A stretch of DNA of 64,000 nucleotides. Origin: the human T2T-CHM13v2.0 reference genome, Homo sapiens. The notes beneath the pieces are model-generated. The model saw only the letters and a program-made list of their open reading frames with translations, ran no database searches and was not told the origin of the DNA. Below are positions 12,297 through 25,306 of this stretch, piece by piece; the stretch's first letter is position 1, and each line of letters begins with the position of its first letter. The DNA lies in the NCBI RefSeq assembly GCF_009914755.1, contig NC_060929.1; one strand, written 5' to 3'. The position numbers were made by a program, and so were the translations under genes.

Positions 12297-14213
12297 TGTC
12301 AGTTTTCAAGAGGACCCATGTAAGCCCCCAGCAAGCCAGGCCACTGGGCAGAACACATAGGGACCTGGGTTTCTGCCACAGGGAGGACTTGGGGTCAGAT
12401 GGACCTGGGCTTGAGTCTATACTCTGCTGCTTATTGGCAGTGTGATCGTCAAAAATTATTCAACCTTCAGTAGCTCCAGTTATCTCACCTGCAAAATGGG
12501 AATAATGACACTTGCCTTGAAGAGTTGTTAGCAGGGTGAAATGAGATTACCTATTAAGAAAACCCAGCACAGCACTTGGTACACAGTAAATGCTCTAGAA
12601 ATGGTGGCTGTGGTGGTTTGTAGCATAGGCAGGACATTCTTGCTTGCTTTCTTAAAGGCCAGGTGGGCAGAATTTCCTGGATTCCTCTCTTCCCAGAGCA
12701 CATATTGCCTGAGCCACTCCCTTGTGCTTGTCATCTGCTGCGTCGCACTCCCCCTTCTCCTGCCTGCATGTCTCCCCCAATAAAACTATGGATGAGGACC
12801 AAGTGCCACTGAGCTTTCTGGACCCCAGACCTCCATCCCCTAACTCCTTGGAACCCACACAGTGCCAGGCCAGGTCCTTCTTGCTTCTTCAACCAGTGCA
12901 TTCTTGTCATCACCTCTTGCCACACTCACTCTCAGAGAGTTGCATCTCAGCCCTGTGCCCTCCTACCTCCTGGTTGAGCCCCATCCTTTTCCTGTCTCCT
13001 GTCAGTGCTGTGCACACACACACACACATGCACATGCATATGCACACTGCCAGCCTGCTTCCCACAGTGTTCTCAGACCCCGCATCCTAATACAAATCCT
13101 TTCTTCCAATAGTTGTGCCTGGAGCTATGTCATCCTTCCCCCCTCTTTTCCTTGGGATATCAAGTTATAGGACAACAAATCCATGCTCATTGTCCTTAGA
13201 CCAAAAATATATGTCTAAACATCATGGATATTAACCAGGGGTAGATATGGGGGAAAGCTGTTCACCAGCACTGGATTCTGCATTTCTTCTCTAACCGTTA
13301 TGAAGATGTAGGCTTTGCAGAGTTTGTTTCCAGAACCAGGAAACCTGATGTTTGTAAACATTTCCATAAATGGAAGCAAGCAGATTTTTAGGTTTCAGTT
13401 CTAAAATAGTGAGGTAAGCATGAATTTAAAAGGACAGTTGCATGGCAATAATTGTACTTTCTGAAGGCAGTGAGGCCCTACCTTCACAGAGAGTATTCTG
13501 GTGACTTTGAGGGCTGAGATGTCCTGTATTTGCTTCTGTCCTGCTTTCCATAAGATTCTGTAAGCTTGCCTTTTAAATTAGGAACTTCGTGCTGACTTAG
13601 AGCAGTTATCTCTCTCTATCCATTGCCCACCAATATGTAATGACCAGAGTGGTTCTCAAAGTGTCATCCATAGACCCCGGGGGTCCCTGAGGCTTTTTCA
13701 GGGGTCTATGAGGCCAAAACTATATTTACAATAAGGTTAAAATGTTATTTTCCTTTTGCCCTGTGTTGACATTTGCACTGATGGTACAAAATTAGTGGAG
13801 GGTAAAACTGCTGGCACCTCAGCATGAATCAGGACATCGCTACCAAATGAAACTGGTGGTCACTGTATTCTTCACCTCTGTGCACTTGCAGGTTTTACCA
13901 AAACCAGGAATGCCCTTGATGAAGTACCAAGAATTATTGTTTGTATTAACATTCAACTCTTGAGCACACATTCCTTTAATGTCCCGTATGACAAAATGGG
14001 AGATGTACACACACAGCATGTTGGTTGTCTAGAGAAAAGTACCTGTGTAATTGAGTTGCAAGCTGAACTAGCTGGCTTTTACATTTTTTCATGGAACACT
14101 GTTTTTACCTAAAAGAAAGACTGGCAAACTCATTATTCAGACATGGCTATTTAGTAGATAATTTCTTGAAAATGAACAAAGTAAGCCCATCACTTTAAAA
14201 AAAGCAACTCACA

Positions 14214-14513
14214 GGCTGGGCACGGTGGCTCATGCCTGTAATCCCAGCACTTTGGGAGGCCGAGGCAGGTGGATCACAAGGTCAGGAGATCGAGACCATC
14301 CTGGCTAATACGGTGAAACCCCGTCTCTACTAAAAATACAAAAAATTAGCCGGGCGCGGTGGCGGGCGCCTGTAGTCCCAGCTGCTGGGGAGGTTGAGGC
14401 AGGAGAATGGCGTGAACCCAGGAGGCGGGGCTTGCAGTGAGCCGAGATGGCGCCACTGCAGTCTGGCCTGGGTGAAAGAGCAAGACTCCATCTCAAAAAA
14501 AAAAAAAAAAAAA
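14214..14513 (+). mobile_element. AluY
   Basis: gagatcgagaccatcctggcta and gaatggcgtgaaccc diagnostics; TSD aaaagca(a/g)ctcaca. Confidence 0.94.
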
Positions 14514-14963
14514 GCAGCTCACAGTATTTGTTGCCAATGATAAATTCGTGCTTCCAAGTAAAAATTAAAATTTTGGAAAACTTTTCACTGCCACATTGAG
14601 CTTAACAACTTTCCCTCACTTAAAGACTTTTCTGATGAGATCAGCGGTGATATCAAAGGACATTATTTAAAAAATATATTGTATAATGAAATGTGTTAGC
14701 ATTTGGAAGATCTGCATAACTCAGTGAACCGATATTTTTCCATTGACCAACACATGATATTACAAGATCGTGCATGGGGAAAGTTCCATTCAAAGCGTAA
14801 GACAGATCGGTAGAGTTATGTAACAGAGGACCAAAGGTTCACTGGTACAAGTGCAGTTCCACACTACAACTAGCCTTTAAGAAAATGCCACTTGTTGAGC
14901 TTTGGTCTTAATCAAAGAAGAACACCCATAATTACCTGAAAAGACTATTAAAGTATTCCTCGC

Positions 14964-15300
<337 letters not shown>

Positions 15301-16745
15301 TCCTCCCTTTTCAAATACATTTCTGTGTGAAGCCAAATTTCTTATCCTTCATCCAAAAAGCATACCACAACAAAGTGAATGGTGAAGCAGATATGAAAAT
15401 TGAGCTGTCTTCTAGGAAGCTAGATATTAAAAAGATTTGCAAAAATATAAAACAATGAAACTCTTCTCACCTGCATTTCTTTTGGTTTGTCTTAAAAATG
15501 TGCTTTTTATATAAACATGTCATGGGTATATAATTGTTACTTTTAAATGGAATTAATGCATATTTTAACATTTTCTCAGTGTTAGTAATATGATCAATAT
15601 CAATAGCTATAACCCACATAAACACAGGTTCTTGGAGTCCTGGATGCTTCTGAAAAGCATAAAGGAGTCCTGAGACCTAAACATTTAAGAGCCTCTGGTG
15701 GAATGGGCATGAGCACAGGATTTGGGGTCAGACAAAGAGGGCAACTGGTACTGTAGCCCTACTTCAAAGAGCACTTGCAAGACTGAATGTGAGAATGAGG
15801 CTCAGTTTGGCTTGACTCACCCAGGGTAGAACTGAAAGGAGACTGTGAGAGAAGGGCCAGTGAGGGTTAATAGAGAGCTGACTGGAGAAAAAAATCACCT
15901 CCTGCTCAGATGGCATTGCTGGGGTCTTGCATGCTTGCAACAGCCTCTCACACTCTGCCCTTTAGAGAAATGCTGGGCAACTTTGTTTTTGTTTTTTCTT
16001 GGTGAATTAAACTTAATTTTGTTTTGTAAGCTGGCAGCTCTGCCTGAGATAACTAATGAGACCCAAGGGAGCTGAAAAGCTTGCATTGGAAACCCTGGAT
16101 CTGGACTCAGCCAATGTCTCTGAACCAGAGGCTCCCAGCCATAATTCTCCAGGTCTGCCAGCTTTCACTTTCTTTGACACTCATTCTCCTGCTTACCCCC
16201 AACCCTCCACCCCAGGAAGACGGTTTGGGGAAAGAAGTGAGGGCTGCCTTCCTCGGTGCACTTTGGAAGCCATGCCTGGCCAAGGGAAGTGATACCATTT
16301 CCAAATCAGAAAATCAGGTCTCCTCCCAAAGTGCTGAAGTTTACTTTATAATTGCAGCCAATTATCTTTGTTATTTCAGTTTTCGTTCCATGAGCTTTGG
16401 GGAAAAGCATTCACGGGCTATCGTCATGGCATTTCTGTCCTTTGACATGTGTCACTTGGCACTCAATTGGCCCAGGAAGGAGAGTATAACTGGGTCATTC
16501 TCTGCAGCCCCGTCCCATGGCACAGCCCGGTCCAAGGGAAGGGCAGGAAGCTCACTGCACGTGGGGGCATTTTTGTACACAGAACTTCCAGGGCATGACC
16601 CCAGCTCAAACTCACGGTGGACATGAACTTTTTAGCAACTGTCAAGACCTCCCTTCCTTCCCCTGGGCTGGCAGCCCTAGTTTCAGTTTTTCTGAGCATT
16701 GGGAAATGCCTGGAGCCACAACACACACTCAAGAATCCATGTGCC

Positions 16746-17076
<331 letters not shown>

Positions 17077-18417
17077 TCAGAGAGGAATGCCTGCTACGGG
17101 TTAGTTGCTGTGCTTAACTCTGGAGGGGGAAAGAAAACAAACAGTGAATGAGACACAATTGCTGCTCTCAGGGAGCTCTTGGTCTAGAAGGGGAAATAAG
17201 TAAATAAGCAACTACAACACAAGGCGATACCTGAGAGAAGAGCCATGGGGATACAAGTGAGAGGCACCTAACCCAGTCTTAGCCACCCAAAAGGCTTTCT
17301 GAAAGGAAGGTTAATAATCAGCACTGACATTCATCAAACCGTGACTATGTGCTGCACAAAGGGCTAAGTGCTTTAGTTATGTTATCTTAGTCACCCTCTG
17401 CCTTGTGAAGGATATACCGCTGTTATCCCCATTTCACAGATCAGTAAATAGAGGTTGAATGAGATTAAGTAACTTGCCCAAAGTGATGCAATCAGTTGGA
17501 ATTTAAACCCAAGACTATTTGTTTTCAGAATCACTCCTCTTAACTTGTGCTTCCAGGACTGAGACTGAGAAACCAGAGGGGGTTACCTAAGTAGGGATGG
17601 GAGTGAAGAACATTCTAGGCCGGGAGAATATAAATGCCCTGGACAGAGGCCCTGAAGTCAGGAAAGGCATATGCACTGGGGGAATCACAAGAAGCTACAG
17701 GTGTGGCTGCAATGTGGCTTCTGGGGGCAGGAGTGGGAAGAGATGCTGCTGAGTAGCCCCAAGGCACAGGCAGAACCAAGGCTGGGACTCACCTCTGGGC
17801 TCCTAGCCCAGTGCTCTTTCTACCACATTCTACCTGCTTCCCCATCGCAGGCTAGCATGTTTTTATCTGCACCCATTTCAGACTGGAGGGAGCTGGCCTA
17901 TGTAAAAATGAGGCATTTTCTTCCTCACCCAGAGAGGCCTCTGATGGGAATTGAGGAGTGGGGTGAAATGGAAGATGCAGAGAGAAAGGGGACAGGCGCT
18001 GACCACTCTGCCAAGATGCAATGTCTCCTCTGCAGTCCTGGAATCAGGTCACAGGACTCACCACGGCCTTTGAGACATACGAGCTGCACACTTTCAGGCT
18101 TCTACCCTATGCGGGTAACTCCCAGAGGACTGGCCCCAAAATCCACTCAAAAACATAGAGGAGGAGTCATGACAGTGATAACAATCATCATAGCTAATGT
18201 GACTGAGTGCTTCTGAACCACTGGCATCTGGTCTTTTAATGCTTACAGCTAGCTTATGAAGTGGTATATTAGCTTTCCTCCTGAGCAAAGAGGAAGAAAA
18301 TCAGTTCAAACCACCTTAAGCATAAAGAGAATTTATCAACTCAGATAACTGAAGAAGGCACTGGAAGATACCGGGCTCTAGGGCTGGATGCAGGTACTGC
18401 AATGATACTGTCAGAAT

Positions 18418-18615
18418 GTGTCTGTTATCCCAGCACTTTGGGAGGCTGAGGTGGGCAGATCCCAAGGTCAAGAGATCGAGACTATCCTGGCCAACAGGGT
18501 GAAACACCATCTCTACTAAAAAAAAAATACAAAAATTAGCTGAGCGTGGTGGCATGCGCCTGTAGTCCCAGCTACCGGAGAGGCTAAGCCAGGAAAATGG
18601 CATGAACCCTGGAGG
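18418..18615 (+). mobile_element. Alu fragment lacking both the 5' start and the 3' end/poly(A)
   Basis: Starts at ...tctgttatcccagcactttggg, stops at gaaccctggagg. Confidence 0.88.
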
Positions 18616-19560
18616 TTCACGCCATGTGCTAGTCTAAGAAACTGGCATGTTCAGGTTCTGTCCCCAGAGGCATTATTAGAAGGGCAGATCAAAGCAACTC
18701 TGGAGGAGTCTGGGTCGCGTTCTGTCACTTACATCTGAGGGTACTGCGTACCTTGTTTTATTGCACTTTGCTTTATTGCGCTTTGTAGATATTGCGTTTT
18801 TTAAAAATTGAAGGTTTATGGCAACCCCGCCACAAGCAAGTCTATTAGTGCCATTTTTCCAACAGCATATCTGACTTCATGTCTCTGTGTTACATTTTGG
18901 TAATTCTCACAATATTTAAAACTTTTTCATTATTATAATACTTTTATGGTGATCTGTGATCAGTGATCTTTGATGTCTCTATTGTAATTGTTCTGAGGCA
19001 CCACGAACCATGCCCATCAAAGATGATGAATTTAATTGATAAATGTTGTGTGTGCTCTGACTGCTTTACCAACTAGCTGTTCCCTGTCTCCCTCTCCTCG
19101 GACCTCCCTATTTCCGGAGACACAGTACAATATTGAAATTGGGCCAACTAATAACCCTACAACGGCCTCTAAGAATCACACATCTCTCACTTTAAATCAA
19201 AAGATAGAAATGATGAAGTTTAGTGAGGAAGACATATCAAAAACGAAGACGGATCAAAGCTAGGCCTCTTGGACCAAATAGCCAAATTGTGAACGCAAAT
19301 AAAAAGTTCTTGAAGAAAATTAAAAGTGCTAGTCCAATATACACATGAATGATGAGAAAGACTTATTGCTGACATGCAAAAACTTTTAGTGGTCTGGATA
19401 GAAAAATCAAACCAGCTAAACATTCCCTCAAGTCAAAGCCTAATCCAGAGCAAGGCCCTAACTCTCCTTAATTCCGTGAAGGCTGACAGAGGTGAGAAAA
19501 CTGCAGAAGAAAAGTTTGAAGCTAGCAATAGTTGGTTCATGAGGTTTAAGAAAAGAAGCC

Positions 19561-19865
19561 GGCTGGGCGCAGCGGCTCACACATGTAATCCCAGCACTCT
19601 GGGAATCCGGGGCGGGTGGATCATAAGGTCAGGAGATCGAGACCATCCTGGCTAACATGGTGTAACCCTGTCTCCACTAAAAATACAAAAAATTAGCCGG
19701 GCGTGGTGGCGGGCTCCTGTAGTCCCAGCTAAGGGGGAGGCTGAGGCAGGAGAATGGCATTAACCCAGGAGGTGGAGCTTGCAGTGAGCCGAGATTGCGC
19801 CACGGCACTCCAGCCTGGGTGAAAGAGCGAGACTCCATCTCAAAACAAAACGAAACAAAACAAAA
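19561..19865 (+). mobile_element. AluY-like, nested in Tigger1
   Basis: Full body, (AAAAC) tail, TSD aaaagaagc. Confidence 0.92.
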
Positions 19866-20943
19866 GAAGCTATCTTCATAACAGGAAAGTGTAAAGTAAA
19901 GCAGCAAGTGCTGACGGAGAAGCTGTAGCAAGTTATCCAGATGATCTAGCTAAGATAATTGATGAAGGTGGCCACATTAAACAACAGATCTTCCGTGGAG
20001 ACAAAATAGCCTTTTATTGAAAGAAGTAGCCATCTAAGACTTTCACAGATAGAGAGGAGAAGTCAATGCCTGGTTTCAAAGCTTCAAAGGGCAGGCTGAC
20101 TTTCTTGTTAGGGGCCACTGCTGATGGTGACTTGAAGTTGAAGCCAATACTCATTTACCGTTCTGAAAATCCTAGGGCTTTTATTATGCTAAATCTACTC
20201 TGCCTGTGCTGTAGAAATATAGCAACAAAGACTGGATGATGGCATGTCTGTTCATGGCATATTTTGCTGAATATTTTAAGCCCATCGTTGAGACCTGCTG
20301 CACAAACATAAAGATTTCTTTCAAAATATTACTGCTCACTGACAATGTACCTGGTCATCTAAGAGCTCTCATGGAGATGTACACACAGATTAATGTTGTT
20401 TTCATGTCTGCTAACATAACATCCATTCTGCAGCCCATGGATCAAGGAGTAATTTCAACTTTCAAGTCTTATTATTTAAGAAATATATTTTGTAAGGCCA
20501 TAACTGCCATAGATGGTGATTCCTCTGATGGATTTGGGCAAAGTAAACTGAAAAGCTTTTGGAAAGGATTCACTGTTCTAGATGCCATTTGAACATTTGT
20601 GATTCATGGTAGGAGGTCAAAATAGCAACATTAATAGGAGTTTGGAAGAAGTTGACTCCAACCATATGGATGACCTTGAGGGGTTCAAGACTTCAGTGGA
20701 GGAAGTAGCTGCAGATATGGTGAAAATAGTGAGAACTAGAATTAGAAGTGGAGCCTGAAGATGTGACTGAATTGCTGCAATCTCAGGCTAAAACTTGAGC
20801 AGATAAGGAGTTGCTTCTTACAGATGAGGAAAGAAATTGGTTTCTTGAAATGGAATCTACTTTTGGTGAAGATGCTGTGAACGTTGTTGAAATGACAACA
20901 AAGGATTTAGAATATTATATAACCTCAGTTGATAAAGTAGTAG

Positions 20944-21264
<321 letters not shown>

Positions 21265-21812
21265 TTGACTCCAATTTTAAAAGAACTTCTACTATGGGAA
21301 AATGATGTTAAACAGCATTGTGTACTGCAGAGAAATCTTTCATGAAGAAAGACTCCATTGATGTGACAAACCTCACTACTGTCTTATTTTAAGAAATTGC
21401 CATAGCCACCCAATGTTGGCCACCACCACCCTGATCAGATAGCAGCCATCAACATCAAGACAAGACCCCCCACTAGGAAAAAGATTATAACTCGCTGGAG
21501 GCTTAGGGGATCATTAGCATTTTTTAGCAATAAAGCATTTTTGAATTAAGGTATGTACATTGGTACATTGGTTTTTTTCCAACACAATGAGATTGCACAC
21601 TTAATAGACTACGGTATAGTATAAACATAACTTCGATATGCACTGGGAAACCAAAACATTTGTGCGACTTGCTTCATTGCAGTTTGTGCTTTATGGTGGT
21701 CTGGAACTGAACCCACAATATCTCCAAGGTATGCCTGTACGTGCTAACCTGGCCCAGAAAAGGGGATGTGCATGGGGCCTGGCAAAAGAGATGTCAAAGT
21801 CAAGCATCAGAT

Positions 21813-22707
21813 GTGTGTGGGTGTGGTGTGGTGATGTGTGGTGTGGTGGTATGTGGGTGTGGTGGTGTGGGTGTGGTGGTATGTGGTGTGTGAGTGTGGT
21901 GGTGTGGGTGTGTGGTGGTGTGTGGTGTGTGAGTGTGGTGGTGTGTGGTGTGTGAGTGTGGTGGTGTGGGTGTGTGGTGTCTGGTGGTGTGTAGTGTGTG
22001 AGTGTGGTGGTGTGTGGTGGTGTGGGTGTGGCGGTGTGTGGTGTGGGTGTGGCAGTGTGTGGTGGTGTGCGGTGGTGTGGGTGTGGTGGTGTGTGGTGGT
22101 GTGTGGTGTGTGAGTGTGGTGGCGTGGGTGTGGCGGTGTGTGGTGGTGTGCGGTGGTGTGGGTGTGGTGGTGTGTGGTGGTGTGTGGTGTGTGAGTGTGG
22201 TGGTGTGGGTGTGGTGTGTAGTGTGGTGGTGTGGTGGTGTGTGGTGGTGTGGGTGTGTGGTGTGTGAGTGTGGTGGTATGGTGGTGTGTGGTGGTGTGGG
22301 TGTGGTGGTGTGTGGTGGTGTGCGGTGGTGTGGGTGTGGTGGTGTGTGGTGTGGGAGTGTGGTGGTGTGTGGTGTGTGAGTGTGGTGGTGTGGGTGTGGT
22401 GGTGTGTGGTGTGGGTGTGGTGGTGTGTGGTGTGGGTGTGGCGGTGTGTGGTGGTGTGCGGTGGTGTGGGTGTGGCGGTGTGTGGTGGTGTGTGGTGTGT
22501 GAGTGTGGTGGTGTGGGTGTGGTGGTGTGTGGTGTGTGAGTGTGGTGGTGTGGGTGTGGCGGTGTGTGGTGTGTGAGTGTGGTGGTGTGGGTGTGGTGGT
22601 GTGTGGTGTGTGAGTGTGGTGGTGTGGGTGTGGTGGTGTGTGGTGTGTGGTGGTGTGGATGTGTGGTGTGTGGTGTGGTGGTGTGTGGTGTGGGTTTGTG
22701 GGTGTGT
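21813..22707. repeat. ~0.9 kb GT-rich VNTR (GTG/GTGTG units with a ~37-bp higher-order unit containing tgag)
   Basis: Direct reading; source of the His/Thr/Pro and Val/Trp/Cys ORFs. Confidence 0.97.
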
Positions 22708-23972
22708 TGCTGCTCAGGCACTTAGGCTGTTCCTGTTGCCTCTCCCTGGCTCTGCCCGCTCCCATACAGGGCCTTTGCTTATGCAGCAACTTCAGCCAGA
22801 GCACTGCCTCCTCCCTCCTAGTGACCTGCCCCTCACCCCTCAGATTGCGGCTCTAGCATCATTTCACCAGGGCAGCTTTCTCAGAGCTTCATGTCTCTGT
22901 CACACTTCTCACTTTGCGTGTCCTAGCAACCTTGTACCTCTCTTTTTGTAGCATTTTTCACAGTTGTCACTTCGCATGTGCATCTGCAATGATCGAGTGA
23001 ATGTCTGCCTTCCTTAATAAACCACGAGCCCCGTGAGTGTAGGGGTCACACCCATTTTGCTCGCCATTGTCTCTCCAATGTGAGCAGAGTACTTCATACC
23101 TGAGAAACCTGGTCAATATGCGTTGAGTGGATGAGTGAAGGAGTGGATGGATGCGAGTGTGCACATGGTGTGTGTTGGTTGTGTGAGTGTGTGGTGCTCC
23201 TCTGGTCCTAGCTGCAGTGCTCTTGGTGCATTCCAGGGAGGCCCCCTCACTGGGGGACCGTGCCTTGTCCTTCTGTCTGTGCTTTCCTGGGGGGCAGAAA
23301 TAGGATTTTCTCCATAATATTAAGAGCCCTACAGGAAGAGGCTAACACCTTTTTCGTTGAGCTGGGAGTTTCTGGTGCAGAAACAGGACCTGAGGAGTCA
23401 GTGGCAGGAGCTCGGGTTGTGGAATAAGAAAGCTCCTGTTCTGAGAATGAATGGGACTCAGAGCTAAGACCTCATCTGTAAAATGGGGCCGCATGCTTGA
23501 CAGGGCTGTTTGAACGTGGAATAGGATCCTATTCAGAAAAGTGCTTTGTAAGCCACGGTGCCCGCTGGACAATGTTTTCACAATTATCCTGCACTGCTGC
23601 CGGGATCAGACTGAGAGACTGCTGAGGAGTCTTAGGAAGAGGGTGTACAGAGCAGAGGTTTCAGGGGTGATACGGAAAATGAGGCAATAACCCTCCCACT
23701 TATACTCAGGGTATCTTTAGGAATTACAGGGTCAGAGACTCCTCCTCTGCCGGGCAGAGGCACTGGGGGAGCCATGTTTCCTGTGCCCTTGTCAAAGCCC
23801 ATGGCTGCCATCTTGGTGAGGGCTCCACTGCCATCTTGCTGGGATCCATTCAAGTAGGGTCTCCCCCCGGGAGTTTCGCCATGTTGCCTTGCTTGAGATT
23901 CTGGGGTAAAGTATGGAGGATGCTGCTGGTGGTGAGATGACAGGGTGCTTGGAGGCGGCTGGGGGTACTTAC

Positions 23973-24105
23973 AGCTCGGTCACATCCTTGGGCATGCCTC
24001 TGGGGAGGGCGCGGAGCCCCTTGTTGCTGCATCGCACCACTGTCTCCATACAGGTGCACTGCTCCGGGCAGCGCGGGCTCAGCTGGCAGCTACTCTCCTC
24101 GTTGC
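23973..24105 (-). CDS. SLIT3: SLIT3 exon 20 (133 nt, LRR-NT of D4: [43 protein letters not shown])
   Basis: tccacag|GCAACGAGG...ACCGAGCT|gtaagt; ORF 23969..24256; phase 1-2. Confidence 0.96.
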
Positions 24106-25121
24106 CTGTGGAGAGCCCCAGAGAGGGTGAGGGTTGTGGGAGATAAGCCCCACTAGGGGGAGCCAGTGAGCAAGGCTGCGTGTTCTCCACAAAGACAAGT
24201 TGTCCCCTGTCCCCGCTGTGTTCTAGAACCAGGAAGAGGGTACCCGCTGGTCTCATCCGTGGTTGGCGGGTGTCGCCTACCTTTTACCTCATTTGACATA
24301 AGATGAAGACCATCAAGGAGGCTCAGCAAGAGTAACAGGAAAGAGGTCACCGTTAACCATATCAGGAATAAGCCGAATTGATTGAAGGAGTGGTCAGGGG
24401 GAGGGGGGCAGAGCCTTGTCTTTTCCCTTCCTCTTTCTCCTTTCTTTCTCTGCTCCCACAACTACACAGTCCCTCCGGGGTGTTGAGTATGTCCCAAGCC
24501 TCCATTGTGCCTTAATCTCAGTTAATTATCTGTCTCTAGATAACCCAAAGTTGATCAAGTAAAGAACTGTGCTGGCTTGAATTTATGCAAATAAATATGC
24601 CCTCTGGGATCCTGAGAACCAAAGCCTCAGATATCCATATCCCCAGCCAGTGACAAGACTTTTCTTGAAGTCTGTTTCTCATGAGTACATACTGAGTCTC
24701 ATCATGATGCTGACAGGAAGACTGAGGCCAGGGCTCCCATGTACAGTTGTATAGGTTGTGCACTCCACAAGGGTGCCATATCATTTAAGGGGCACCAATC
24801 TCACTGTGGACATGATAGATGAGTATATTTGGTACAACAGTGTTCTCATAGATGGCAGTATCTTGTTTTAATGGACAGGTGTCTTGTCTTAATGAAATCA
24901 ATATATTATGACAGATTTCTAACTGATGGAAGTAAAATGACTGCTGAAATGGGCACCTTTTCTTAATTTGCATGAAGGAGCCATGTGGGCTAGTAGCAGA
25001 TCTGCAGAGCTCTCCAGAGCTCCAGCTGCATGCCCAAAGCAAAGTGGAATTGGATCTCAGGGAGTATCTGATTGTGCATCTTCGCCATCTTCCTTGCCTT
25101 CCCAGGGCCTTCCCCGCAGAC

Positions 25122-25142
25122 CTTGACCCACAGCCTTCTTAC
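25122..25142 (-). CDS. SLIT3: Candidate 21-nt in-frame extension of exon 19 (adds KKAVGQG) via a distal 5' splice site
   Basis: GTAAGAAGGCTGTGGGTCAAG is followed by a second donor AAG|gtctgc; same phase, no stop. Confidence 0.6.
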
Positions 25143-25306
25143 CATCACAGGTGAAGTCCTGGATGGCCACATCCTGGATGGGGATCTCCTTGAGGAAAAA
25201 TGGCTTCTGGCACCTAGGGTTCCCACTGACGATCCGCCTCTTCCTCAACCACTTGCCGAGCCAGGCCAGGTGGCAGTTGCAGTTGAAGGGGTTGGACAGG
25301 AGGTTT
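25143..25306 (-). CDS. SLIT3: SLIT3 exon 19 (164 nt, LRR-CT of D3: [54 protein letters not shown])
   Basis: ttcctag|AAACCTCCTG...TGTGATG|gtaaga; ORF 25057..25248; phase 2-1. Confidence 0.96.

Noticed and set aside
20236-20592. Domesticated TIGD-like transposase gene
   Set aside because: A 118-aa remnant among disrupted frames of a Tigger1 copy that is split by Alus.
21638-22951. Long His/Thr/Pro and Val/Trp/Cys/Gly ORFs; resemblance to yeast TG1-3 telomeric DNA
   Set aside because: Translations of the GT-rich VNTR; there are no TTAGGG units, so it is not an interstitial telomere.
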